Assembly (NCBI GenBank): GCA_963736115.1
Contig: CAVTNR010000012.1
Coordinates: 64,001-128,000 of the forward strand
Length of the DNA: 64,000 nt
Origin: an uncultured bacterium
GTDB taxonomy: Bacteria > Zhuqueibacterota > QNDG01 > DTFT01
Direction of reading: 5' to 3'
Under the pieces are notes generated by a model. That model was not told where the DNA came from, ran no database searches, and worked only from the letters and a program-made list of their open reading frames with translations. The position numbers and the translations under genes were made by a program. Shown here one piece after another: positions 50,593 to 60,294 of this stretch (the stretch's first letter is position 1; every line of letters begins with the position of its first letter).

Positions 50593-51786
50593 TTACCATC
50601 TCCCGTAATACGGCGCGCCGGGCTCGCCCATGTCGATTCTGTGGACGTTTCCGGCCCCGTTGATGAGCATCATGGCATACAGATAATTCCCGGTTCCCCA
50701 GACGGTCTTTTCGATCCCGGTTGTCAGAATGCCTTTGTAAAAGGCCTCCTGGGTTCCATCCGGGTTCAGGACAAAGACCGGGTTCACGTTGTCCGTGGAG
50801 ATGAAAATCTGGCCGTCCACGGAAAAGGCCATGTCCTTGAATGCGGCCGTGTTGTACGGCGCGATGGCGTTGGCCTTGTCGAGCACCAGCTCGCGTTCGC
50901 CCAGGGTGCCGATCGCGTCCATGATCGGGTGCCGCCAGATCGCGGTCTGGGTTTTGGTTTCAACCCAGACATAGACGAATCCGTTGAAAACGCGGACGTC
51001 CTTGACATCATCGCTGGCGTACAACCCGATGGCCGCATTGGAGCCGTCCGGCTGGACGACGAAGAGATCGGCCGACTTGCCGGACATGTACAGAATGCCG
51101 TTCGAATCAAAGTCGCCCACCGAGATTTTCTTCTTCATGGTCAGCCATTTGGCTTCGGTCCCATCCGCGGGGTTCCACTTCGCGACCGCCGTGCTGTTCG
51201 CGAACACCACGATGGTGTTGTCCGGCGCCAATACCGCGTCCGTCAGAACCTTGGTCACGGTCCCGGCCGCCGTCTTTTCTCCGGACGGCGTGACCCGGAC
51301 CACGCTCAAATCGGCGAAAAAGGCATAGAGGTTCTCTTGGCTGTCCAGCGCGATCGCCTTGATTACCGTGCCCTCGAGGAACTGGCCGTACTCGGCTTTC
51401 ACCGGGTCGGTGGTGAATAGCAACGGGGCCACAGCCATGGACAAGGCGTCATACGAAACGACCTTAATCGATACCGTTCCGGTCACGGACGGCCGCCGGA
51501 CCGTCAGGCTGGTCGGCGACGCGGCGATCAGGTCGGCCTCGCTGGAGCCGAAATAAACCTTGTTCCGGTCTATCGTCGCCCCGAAGTTCCGGCCCTGCAG
51601 GACGATCGTGTTCACGCCCGCGGTCGCGCGGTCCGGAACCACGGCCGTGACGGCCGGAGCCGCGGGAATCGTGACTGAATCGTCGTATCTTGGCTCGGCC
51701 ACGTTGTATTCGCATCCCGCCGCGGCGAGCAGAAGGACCGCGCAGGCCGATGCCGGCAGGATCCAGCCGTATTGAAAGCGTTTCAT
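50593..51786 (-). CDS. IPT/TIG-domain beta-propeller lipoprotein (module 1)
   Basis: Lipobox AAGC, IVLQGRNF...NKVYF (IPT/TIG) and NHL-like repeats. Confidence 0.85.
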   Translation of the reverse strand: MKRFQYGWILPASACAVLLLAAAGCEYNVAEPRYDDSVTIPAAPAVTAVVPDRATAGVNTIVLQGRNFGATIDRNKVYFGSSEADLIAASPTSLTVRRPSVTGTVSIKVVSYDALSMAVAPLLFTTDPVKAEYGQFLEGTVIKAIALDSQENLYAFFADLSVVRVTPSGEKTAAGTVTKVLTDAVLAPDNTIVVFANSTAVAKWNPADGTEAKWLTMKKKISVGDFDSNGILYMSGKSADLFVVQPDGSNAAIGLYASDDVKDVRVFNGFVYVWVETKTQTAIWRHPIMDAIGTLGERELVLDKANAIAPYNTAAFKDMAFSVDGQIFISTDNVNPVFVLNPDGTQEAFYKGILTTGIEKTVWGTGNYLYAMMLINGAGNVHRIDMGEPGAPYYGRW

Positions 51787-53143
51787 CTCATTCTCCTTGC
51801 CTTAGAGGGAAAAGCGCGCCGTCATGCGCTGGACCTTGTCAAACACCCCGAACGGCGTCATCGCGTAGTCGAACGACGCCCCGTAGCGCCGCACGCCCAG
51901 GCCGAACGTGAATCCGTCCTCGACGTTGTTCGACACGTAACCGCCGCGCACCAGAAGCGTCTTCAGAAGACCGTATTCCACCCCCACCTTCAACTGCTCC
52001 GGGTGGTCCCGGTGATGGCTCGCGTCCACGCTCACCAGAAGGCTCTGGTCCAGAGGCAGGTCCTCCACCAGGTCCAGAACGTCCATCGAGATCCCCAGGT
52101 TGAACACCAGCGGAAGCTGGAATCCCTCCTCCACGTACTCGATCTCCGTCGAAAAGTTCCGAACCGACATGCCGAACACCAGGCTCTTGAAGCCCGTCTT
52201 GAACTGCGTCCCGAAGTCAAACGCCATCGGCGTCAGGCTGTTTTTCACCGTCACCGCCGTCGTATCCAGCGCCGCAGAAACCCGGGGCACCACGCTCTCG
52301 CCCAGGTCCTGGTGAACCCAGCGGACCTGGCCGCCCACGCTGAAACGGTCCGTCAGACGCTTCGCGTATCCCACGCCCGCCGCCCACGCGCTCAGCTGGA
52401 ACTTCCCCGTGTCACGGAATCCGTCCGGAGCGGTCTTGTCCACCACCGTCCCGTAAAAATCCCCGTAGTCCACGTTCTGGAAGCTCACGCCCAGCACCCC
52501 CCACTCCCCCTTCGCCGGGCTCAGCGTCAACGCCACCGCGTTGTGCTTGATGTCCGCGATCCACGTGTTCTGGCTCGCGCTCACGTCCACGAACACGCCC
52601 TGGTTCGCCATGCCCGCGGGGTTGAAGAACAATGACGAAGACCCCGCCTCCAGGCTCGTCAGCGCCTCGGCCATAGCCGCGCCGCGCGCGTCCGACACCA
52701 CGCTCAAAAACTGAAATCCCGTCTGCGCCAGCTTCTTGTTCCCCGCCTCCGCTCCGGACCCGAAACCAAGCACGCCCAGGCAGAGAACGCAGATTCCGAT
52801 TTGATTGCTCTTGTTCATCTCTCGTCTCCTTGCCTTAGCGTATGACCACGAACTTCCGGATCACCGATTCCCCTTTACTGAACCCCGCCCCGTCCTCCGT
52901 CACCTCCACGTACAGCAGGTAGATGCCGCTCACGATGATCTGGCGCGACGATGTCATCGAATCCCACAGCTCGTCGCCCGCGCCGTTCGTGTGCTCTTTT
53001 GACCAGACCAGGTCGCCCCGCTCCGTGTACACCCGCACCTTGCACCGCGGCGGCAGGCCGTAGAACGCGATGCGGTCGTACTGCGACTCGTCCCCGAACT
53101 GGAACATCCGCGACCGCAGGTCGTAGGGGTTCGGCACCACGCG
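51706..53143. repeat. 1,438-bp direct repeat, copy 1
   Basis: Matches 60214-61651 (offset 8,508). All overlapping ORF translations are identical, and mismatches begin immediately outside both ends. Confidence 0.92.
51802..52818 (-). CDS. PorV/PorQ-family outer-membrane beta-barrel (module 1)
   Basis: QTGFQFL...DARGAAMAEA...LFFNPAG motif and C-terminal RFSL. Confidence 0.85.
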   Translation of the reverse strand: MNKSNQIGICVLCLGVLGFGSGAEAGNKKLAQTGFQFLSVVSDARGAAMAEALTSLEAGSSSLFFNPAGMANQGVFVDVSASQNTWIADIKHNAVALTLSPAKGEWGVLGVSFQNVDYGDFYGTVVDKTAPDGFRDTGKFQLSAWAAGVGYAKRLTDRFSVGGQVRWVHQDLGESVVPRVSAALDTTAVTVKNSLTPMAFDFGTQFKTGFKSLVFGMSVRNFSTEIEYVEEGFQLPLVFNLGISMDVLDLVEDLPLDQSLLVSVDASHHRDHPEQLKVGVEYGLLKTLLVRGGYVSNNVEDGFTFGLGVRRYGASFDYAMTPFGVFDKVQRMTARFSL

Positions 53144-54988
53144 GACCTGCGAGAGGCTCGTGCCCGCGGGTTTCAGCAGGTTGGCGGGCCGGCTCGTCAG
53201 GGTCCAGAACAGGCCGCTCAGCAGAGTGCGGTTCTCCTGCGTGCCGTCGTCCTTCGATTGAATCGCGTAGTAGTAGTCGAATCCGCGCGTGGCGGTCGTG
53301 TCGTTCCATTCGTTCACCGCGTCGGCCGCGCCGCACTCGAACACTGTCTCGTACCGCGAATCAACGCCGAGCACCGTGCCCACGGCCCGGCTGATCACGT
53401 AACCGCCGAAATGCGGGTCAGACTCGGCGTTGTCGGCCCAGGTGAGCTGGATACGGTCGCCGCCCGAACGGACCGTGAACCACTTCGGCGGCGGCGGCGG
53501 CTGGGGCAGAGACCAGCCGGATTCATAGTTCCTCACCGCGTTCCGGTACATGGCCAGCACGGAGTCCACGCCCGTGAACACCCACGCCTTTTTGTACGCG
53601 TTGTGGTCCGCCGTCTCGGAACCATCGGGCATCACGAGGCTGGGCGAGGCCGTGTTGTTGCGCCACTGCAGCCAGTTCCAACCCACTTCGCGGTTCTTCT
53701 CGCGCCCGATGCCGTTCACGCCCTCGGCGAACACGATGCGGACGCTGTCGCCTGGCGCCAATGTATAGGGCCCAAAGCCCTGGCCCTGGCTGGTGCCGCC
53801 TCCGCCCTGGCGACGGGCGTCGGTCAGGGTCATGGCGTAGTTGTTGCCGATCAGTTCGTCATGCGCCTGGGACGCATGGCCCTCGCTCATAACGCCGTAG
53901 CGGATGCCCATATAACTTTCATCATACTGGCTGACATTGGCGCTCATGCCCACGATGTCGCCGTCCGAGGCGATGTACCAGGTGGTCTTCGGCTGGGTCG
54001 CATCGTCGTCTTGATTGGACGGCGACTTGTCCGCGTGCAAGGTGACGGAGCCCGCGAACTTGGCCGAACCCATGAGCCCGTCCTCGTTCTCGTTCGGGCA
54101 TCCCCAGTCCTCATTGTAACTGACATTCTGCCGGTCGTCCTCGGGCCCGTAATAGGAGTAATAGCCGCGCATGCCGAAGGTCGGCGAGGACGGATTGGTG
54201 AAGGACGCGGCCGCGGGATCCCAGTTGAAGGCATGGTTCAGCGTGCCTTCTCCCCAGACCGTGTTGAACGCGCCCCAGCCCAGGCCGAACCCGGGGCAGG
54301 CTTCACCCGCGAAGGCGTAGCGGACCGTGAAATACACCCAGAGGTCCTGCAGCGTCTGCGGATAGACCGTGCCCTCGCGGTCGATGATGCCCGTGTTCTT
54401 GAATACATAATCGTGGACATAGTAATCGTCCTGGTCGGGACTGGTGAAGGCCATCACCTTCTTGGTGACGGACACGCCGATCGACGTGTTGAACCGGACA
54501 AGCACCATGCGGTCGCAGGGCAGGTTCTCGTCCAGGCTGTCGAGTACGTCGTAGGTATCCAGCACCGTGGCCAGGTTGTCGTCCACCGACACCACCGGGT
54601 GATAGTCCTTTCCGATCAGCTTGATCTCCTTCTCGAAGATCATGTTGACCCGCTCTTCGGGATTGCGGGGGCCGGATCCGATCACCTTGACGCTGAGCGT
54701 GCGGCCCAGACGGGACTCATGAAAGTTCTTCGCCCCGATCCAGAGTCCTTTCTGGCGCACCGTGTTCTGCTCGATGCCGTACTGGGCGGGCCAGGAGAAA
54801 TGGTTCGTGTTGCCGACCTGGGATTCACTCTCGTACTCCGAGCCCACCTCGTTGACGAAAGACTGAAGCTGCCCGACGCGGAGCCACCGGACATCCTGGG
54901 AGAAACCGGCGCCGGCGAAGACTGTCAGGGCCAGCGCCGCCGTCCCGATCCAGAGGCCACGGCCGAACTTTGTTTGTTGCGATTTCAT
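52835..54988 (-). CDS. Secreted protein with an FnIII-like domain and a T9SS-type C-terminal domain (module 1)
   Basis: Signal peptide MKSQQTKF..., FGPYTL, PQPPPPP, VRVVPNPY...SGIYLLYVE...RKFVVIR. Confidence 0.8.
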   Translation of the reverse strand: MKSQQTKFGRGLWIGTAALALTVFAGAGFSQDVRWLRVGQLQSFVNEVGSEYESESQVGNTNHFSWPAQYGIEQNTVRQKGLWIGAKNFHESRLGRTLSVKVIGSGPRNPEERVNMIFEKEIKLIGKDYHPVVSVDDNLATVLDTYDVLDSLDENLPCDRMVLVRFNTSIGVSVTKKVMAFTSPDQDDYYVHDYVFKNTGIIDREGTVYPQTLQDLWVYFTVRYAFAGEACPGFGLGWGAFNTVWGEGTLNHAFNWDPAAASFTNPSSPTFGMRGYYSYYGPEDDRQNVSYNEDWGCPNENEDGLMGSAKFAGSVTLHADKSPSNQDDDATQPKTTWYIASDGDIVGMSANVSQYDESYMGIRYGVMSEGHASQAHDELIGNNYAMTLTDARRQGGGGTSQGQGFGPYTLAPGDSVRIVFAEGVNGIGREKNREVGWNWLQWRNNTASPSLVMPDGSETADHNAYKKAWVFTGVDSVLAMYRNAVRNYESGWSLPQPPPPPKWFTVRSGGDRIQLTWADNAESDPHFGGYVISRAVGTVLGVDSRYETVFECGAADAVNEWNDTTATRGFDYYYAIQSKDDGTQENRTLLSGLFWTLTSRPANLLKPAGTSLSQVRVVPNPYDLRSRMFQFGDESQYDRIAFYGLPPRCKVRVYTERGDLVWSKEHTNGAGDELWDSMTSSRQIIVSGIYLLYVEVTEDGAGFSKGESVIRKFVVIR

Positions 54989-55008
54989 GTGACACCTCTG
55001 TGTGTTGG

Positions 55009-58000
55009 TCAACGGGTTAGGTCGAAGGACAGCCGGGCGCCGTAGTAGAAGTGCCTGGGATTCAGGAACCAGAAGGTGGATGCGTTCGGCATGTCGATAT
55101 AGGCCTTGTCCTTCAGCACGCGGTCGATCCGTTTTTTGGCCACCTCGGACCAAGCTCCTCCGGCGTATTCCCAGTACAGGCCCGTCGAACCCTCGAAATA
55201 GATGGCCCGCGGCTTGCCGGACGAGGCCGGGTCGATCGTGCCCTGGTATTCCATCGGCTGGAACTCGACGCCGGGCTTCCGATAGTCCCCGACCCGGTCG
55301 TTCCCCGGAATGTTGTTGTAGGCCTTGTTCTTCGGCAGGTGAAGCGACAGCATGTAGTCGCGGTCTCCGGTGTCCCACAGCCGCTTGGTGTTCAGCACAT
55401 TGTCCACATCCATCATGATCTGCACGCTGGCCCGGCCCAGGCGGAGCGTCTTGGAGAGCCGCAGGGTGGTGTTGAAATAATCCAGGGTCCGTACGTTATA
55501 TGAAATGGACGGCACGTTCCGCGGGTTCCAGGTCACCCAGTTGCTGGCCTGCCAGTTCAGGAGCATGTTGAGCATCCATCCGCCCAGGGGCGCGTGGCCG
55601 AACACGGCCGGCCCCATGTCTCCGGGAGTGTACAGGCTGAGGTCGGCCCGTGCGTACGGCCGCGGCATCGGCCGGTCCTGGTACATGTTGATCGTGGCTT
55701 CGTCCCACTTTTTCTGCTCGGACGGATCCTGATACTGCCGGGCGCTGTTGAAGTGGCCGGACGTGCTGACCTGGTAGGTGTAGTTCGCGAACCCGGACCA
55801 CCAGCGGCCCGTACTTTTGCGCAGGGTCAGCTCGAAGCCGCGGATATCCTCGTACCGGTTGCTCGTGGTGAGCCCGTACGAATAGCCGGCGACCGAGTAG
55901 TAAGTGGTGTAGTCCTGCTGATCCGAGATGTCGCGGTAGAATGCGGTGACCTGCAGGAGAAAGCTCCTCGGGAGCAGGTGGTCGTAGCCCAGTTCGTAGG
56001 AGATGGTTTTGGCCAGGATCATGCTGGGATCGCCGATGCTGGTCAGATAGCGTTCCGCGTTGCGCTGAACCCGGAACAGAGTCTCATACTGCGGCATCTG
56101 CTTGAAATGGCCGTAGTTGAAAAACAGCTTGGAGTTTTCGGTGATGGGATGCGAGATGCCGAGCCTGGGGCTGAGCTGCCACTGCGGCTTTGATTCCTTC
56201 ATGGCGTACTCGGCGGCCGGCTTGTACTTGGACGAATAGAAGGCGTTGTCGTAGTGTTCGATGTTCCACCATTCAGTGCGGGAATCGCTGTAGTCGAGCC
56301 GCAGGCCCGCGTTCATCGTGAATCCCTTGGTTTCGAGCTTGTCCTGCAGATAGAGGCCGGCCCGGACCGGGAACACGCGCATCTGAACGCGGTTGGCGTA
56401 GGTCTTGCCGGCGGTGGCGGACGCGATGGTGCCGTAGTCGAAATCCAGATCGTTGTACACGAGTTCCGCGCCGGCCTTGACCAGGTTGTTGTAGTCGACC
56501 TGGCTGGTGTAGTCGGCCTTCAGCGTGGTGGAGCCGACTTTGGAGAAGTCGCGGGCTTTGGCGACGTGGGAACCGCCGATGATGATCACGCCGTTCACCT
56601 CGGACGGCCAGTATCCCAGGGGGTTGGAATCCTCGTAGAATCCGGGCACGACCTCGGTAAGGGCCGATGTGTCGCGCAGGGCCCTCGGCCGCACGTTGTA
56701 GTCGCGCCGGAACTGCTCCAGAGTGATTTCATAGAACGTCTTCGAGCTGACCGTGTGGGTGAGCTTGGCGGCCAATGACCGGTGCCCGATGTCGGCCAGG
56801 CAGAAGTTGTAGTCGGAGAACATGTTCACCAGGTCGAAGGTGCTCGCGACGTTCAGCGCGACGCCCGCGATCTCGTTCGGGTACCGCGGGTAGTAATAGG
56901 TGCCCGTGCCGTCCCAGTTGTGCCGTATGGTGAACTGCTTGCCGGCGAGCGCGGACAGACGCAGTTTCATGGTCTTGGTGATATCGGCATTCAGCTGGAG
57001 GGTCCAGTCATAGTCTTTGTAATCGGGACGGGACAGCGGCCAGACCAGCATGTCGCGATGCTGACGGAACGAACCAAAGAACCGCAGATCGCCCAGTGCC
57101 TTTCCGATCACCGGAACCGGCCCGCCGAAGCCCGCGTCAATGTCGTAATCCGCCTGGTCGTTGATCTGCCGCTTGCGGATCTCGTACTCGAACGCGCGAC
57201 GGGCGGCCAGGGGCGTCAGGTCGTTGTTCGGATTATTGTCCGTGCACAGGGACTGTGAGATGGCGTTCCATCCGACGAATTCCATGTACTGCTTGCGTGT
57301 GTACTCGTCCCACGCGCCGCTGGCCGTGCCCGTCCAGCACACGGCGTCGTCGTAAAACGGACGCATGACATAGGAGTCCGGGTCATGCACGTCCACGATG
57401 CCCGTGCCCCGCCAGTACTTCGGCGCGGCCGGGCTGAGCCGCGTTTGGACGCTTCCGAAATAGCCCTGGCGGCTGCCCTCCTGGGTGACCACGTTGACGA
57501 TGCCCGACTGCACCTGGCCGTATTCGGCGTTGAATCCGCCGCGCTCAACCGAAATCTCCTTGATGGCGGACAGTGCCAGCTTGGTGATGGGCTGGTTGTT
57601 GCGGGGATCACGCAGGGTGACGCCATCCATCATGAACAGGGCCGCATCGGCCATGCCGCCGCGGATGCTCAGGCCCTGCATGCCGGCCTGCATGCCCAGC
57701 ACGCCCTCGATGTTGGCCACGGGCAGGTCCTGAATTTCCTTGTCCGTCACGGAAACGACGCTGGTGGCCACGTCCGTTTTCACGAGCTCGCGCTTGGCGG
57801 CCACGACCACGGTTTCGCCCTGGAGGACTTCGTCGGCCAACCGCACGTCCACATGCGCGGTCTGGTCGATGAGCACGCGTATGGACTGCACCGTCACCCG
57901 GCCGTACCCGAGCATGGAGAGCTGGACCGAATGGGTGCCGGGCGGCACTTCGAGAATCGTATACGTGCCGTCCAAGTCCGTGACGCCGCCGAGCGCGGTG

Positions 58001-58158
58001 CCCGCGACCATCACATTGACGCCCGGCAGGGGCGTTCCTGTTTTCTGGTCCGTGACCTGTCCCCTTATCTTTCCGGTCGTGCCCGCCCAAAGCGGGGTGC
58101 CGAGAATCAGGACCAGAAGCAGCGTCTGGCCGAGGGCCCGCGTGAAAATGCTTTTCAT
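55009..58158 (-). CDS. TonB-dependent receptor (module 1)
   Basis: GKIRGQVTD carboxypeptidase-reg domain, plug (IRGG, GGFNAEYG, SGIVNVVT), SPRLGISHPIT and C-terminal NPR motifs. Confidence 0.92.
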   Translation of the reverse strand: MKSIFTRALGQTLLLVLILGTPLWAGTTGKIRGQVTDQKTGTPLPGVNVMVAGTALGGVTDLDGTYTILEVPPGTHSVQLSMLGYGRVTVQSIRVLIDQTAHVDVRLADEVLQGETVVVAAKRELVKTDVATSVVSVTDKEIQDLPVANIEGVLGMQAGMQGLSIRGGMADAALFMMDGVTLRDPRNNQPITKLALSAIKEISVERGGFNAEYGQVQSGIVNVVTQEGSRQGYFGSVQTRLSPAAPKYWRGTGIVDVHDPDSYVMRPFYDDAVCWTGTASGAWDEYTRKQYMEFVGWNAISQSLCTDNNPNNDLTPLAARRAFEYEIRKRQINDQADYDIDAGFGGPVPVIGKALGDLRFFGSFRQHRDMLVWPLSRPDYKDYDWTLQLNADITKTMKLRLSALAGKQFTIRHNWDGTGTYYYPRYPNEIAGVALNVASTFDLVNMFSDYNFCLADIGHRSLAAKLTHTVSSKTFYEITLEQFRRDYNVRPRALRDTSALTEVVPGFYEDSNPLGYWPSEVNGVIIIGGSHVAKARDFSKVGSTTLKADYTSQVDYNNLVKAGAELVYNDLDFDYGTIASATAGKTYANRVQMRVFPVRAGLYLQDKLETKGFTMNAGLRLDYSDSRTEWWNIEHYDNAFYSSKYKPAAEYAMKESKPQWQLSPRLGISHPITENSKLFFNYGHFKQMPQYETLFRVQRNAERYLTSIGDPSMILAKTISYELGYDHLLPRSFLLQVTAFYRDISDQQDYTTYYSVAGYSYGLTTSNRYEDIRGFELTLRKSTGRWWSGFANYTYQVSTSGHFNSARQYQDPSEQKKWDEATINMYQDRPMPRPYARADLSLYTPGDMGPAVFGHAPLGGWMLNMLLNWQASNWVTWNPRNVPSISYNVRTLDYFNTTLRLSKTLRLGRASVQIMMDVDNVLNTKRLWDTGDRDYMLSLHLPKNKAYNNIPGNDRVGDYRKPGVEFQPMEYQGTIDPASSGKPRAIYFEGSTGLYWEYAGGAWSEVAKKRIDRVLKDKAYIDMPNASTFWFLNPRHFYYGARLSFDLTR

Positions 58159-58338
58159 ACCATCCTCCAAGAAATGAGATGGGACTGCCGTGAAAATGCC
58201 GGGAATCTGATGAAATACGTTAATACGGAATGTGCCGTTTACTTAATCGTTTTAGCCAAACCATACAAAAACCTTGCTCAATCGAGCCTATTTCCTTAAC
58301 AACTATTTATAATAATATTATGAAGTTAGGAGTCGACC

Positions 58339-58350
58339 GGAAACGTTTCC
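58339..58350. promoter_or_regulatory. LacI-family-like operator upstream of TonB module 1
   Basis: Perfect palindrome GGAAACGTTTCC. A related TAAAACGATTAA (minus strand) lies near 58243. Confidence 0.5.
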
Positions 58351-58453
58351 AATAATATACAAAAAATCCCCTTTTCCGCAAGCACTTTTTAAACTGAACC
58401 GCCCGGGGTTGCGAAGCCTCGGGCGATCAAAATCGGAACATATACAGGGGGGT

Positions 58454-58966
58454 TCACGGAGCGACCTGAACCGGCACCTCCTTTTGATCCCAGAGCCGGC
58501 CCTTATCCGCGTAGTTGAAACAATGCCGCCGGACCAACTGGTGGTTCGCGGGGGAATATTCGAAATAGACGCTCCAGGTCCCGTTCCCCTGGCTCGAATG
58601 ATCCGCGGCAGGCACATAAGCGATCACGGTCGCGGTCCATTCGCCCGGAATCGCGGGCAGCCACCGGATCCAGCGGCCCTGATTGAAAGTGCCGGATGCA
58701 TTGGCCTTTTCGATGATCCCGGAATCATCCGAAGTGCTTCCCAGTGCCAGGTCCCAATGGTAATTGAGGCCGTCCGGGTATTCCGTCTCGCATGTGAGAC
58801 GGACCGTATCTCCGGGAGATACATCGGTGCGATCCACGGTGACCCGGGTGATTTCGACCGGAACGGTATTGTTCGCATCGGAGTCGTTCGATTCAGTGGC
58901 GCTCTTCTTGCATGAAAGAAAAGTTAAAACTGAAAGGACGCAAATCACCCCATTTAAAAATTTCAT
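58454..58966 (-). CDS. Hypothetical lipoprotein between the two modules
   Basis: GGAGG RBS, lipobox FLSC and Ig-like pattern. Confidence 0.7.
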   Translation of the reverse strand: MKFLNGVICVLSVLTFLSCKKSATESNDSDANNTVPVEITRVTVDRTDVSPGDTVRLTCETEYPDGLNYHWDLALGSTSDDSGIIEKANASGTFNQGRWIRWLPAIPGEWTATVIAYVPAADHSSQGNGTWSVYFEYSPANHQLVRRHCFNYADKGRLWDQKEVPVQVAP

Positions 58967-59073
58967 TGAACTGCCTCCGGATCTGAAATGGAGCGGAGAT
59001 CCTCGCCCAGGGCATTGAGGCTCCGGGGGATCATGTGATCAGCCTGACCCCGAAATCGGTTCGGGGACCGCTT

Positions 59074-60294
59074 TTATCTGAACATCCCGACCGGCGGCGG
59101 CGCCGGGCCGAAATCCGGTCCCATATCGATCCGGATCAGGTCTCCCTTGGTCCCGACGAGTTGGAGCATGTACGCATAGCGGCTGTTTCCCCGGACCAGC
59201 CGCTCCGCGCTCCCCTTGATGATGCCCTTGTACCAGGTGTCCAGTGTCCCGTCCGCCTTCATCAGCAGGATGGGGTCGGCCGCGTCCGTGGCCACGTACA
59301 TGTCGCCCGAGGCCGAGAACATCACGTCCTTGAACGCAGCGGCTGAAAATACGCCTGAAGCGGCTCGGTCCAGCACCGTTTCCCTCGGCCCGAGCGTTCC
59401 GGCCGCGTCGAGTATCGCGTGGCGGTACACGGCCGCCTTCGGCTCAACGGTGGCGTGCTCCGCCACCACGTACACATAATTTCCATTCACCCGTATCTTC
59501 TTCACATCGTGAGTGGCATAAACTCCGAGCGCCGCTGAAAACGTCCCGTCCGGATACGACACGTACAGGTCGGTGTTCTTGGCGGCCATATAAATGTTGC
59601 CGTTCGCGTCCGCGTCCCCGACCGTGAAGCGTTTCGGCGCCTTCGCGACCCATTCCGTTTCCACGCCGTCCACCGGGTTCACCTTCGAGATCTTCGCATT
59701 GTTGCTCAGCAGAACCAGGCTTTGGTCCGCGGCCGGAATCACGTCCGTCACGCCCCGGAGCGTCGATTCCATGAAAACACTCTGCGTGCCGTCCGAAGCC
59801 ACCTTGAACGCCTTCATCAGGCCGGTTCGGAAAATGTAGATGTTCTCCGCCGCGTCTACCAGGATCGCGTTGTTGGCCGCGCCGTCGATGAAGCCGCCGT
59901 AGGGCTCCGCCACGACGTCGACCGGGTATCCTTCGAAGCTTCCGACCTCCAGCGCGCCCAGGGTCACCACTTTCAGATTCAGCGTCCCGGATACCGCCGG
60001 CCGCCGGATCAGAAGGGAGGTGGCGGTCGCGGAAATGATCTCCGTCTTCGCGCCGTTGAAATACACCCGGTTGCTGTCCGGCACGGGCGAAAAACGGTCG
60101 CCGCGTATCGTGACGGTATTCACGCCTGCCGTTGCCCGGGCGGGTTCCAGACCGGTCACCGACGGCCCCAGTTTCGCGGCATGGTCCTGGTACCACATGG
60201 GCACGGGCGAGTCGTATTCGCATCCCGCCGCGGCGAGCAGAAGGACCGCGCAGGCCGATGCCGGCAGGATCCAGCCGTATTGAAAGCGTTTCAT
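59074..60294 (-). CDS. IPT/TIG-domain beta-propeller lipoprotein (module 2)
   Basis: First 27 aa identical to 50593-51786, remainder homologous but divergent. Confidence 0.85.
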   Translation of the reverse strand: MKRFQYGWILPASACAVLLLAAAGCEYDSPVPMWYQDHAAKLGPSVTGLEPARATAGVNTVTIRGDRFSPVPDSNRVYFNGAKTEIISATATSLLIRRPAVSGTLNLKVVTLGALEVGSFEGYPVDVVAEPYGGFIDGAANNAILVDAAENIYIFRTGLMKAFKVASDGTQSVFMESTLRGVTDVIPAADQSLVLLSNNAKISKVNPVDGVETEWVAKAPKRFTVGDADANGNIYMAAKNTDLYVSYPDGTFSAALGVYATHDVKKIRVNGNYVYVVAEHATVEPKAAVYRHAILDAAGTLGPRETVLDRAASGVFSAAAFKDVMFSASGDMYVATDAADPILLMKADGTLDTWYKGIIKGSAERLVRGNSRYAYMLQLVGTKGDLIRIDMGPDFGPAPPPVGMFR

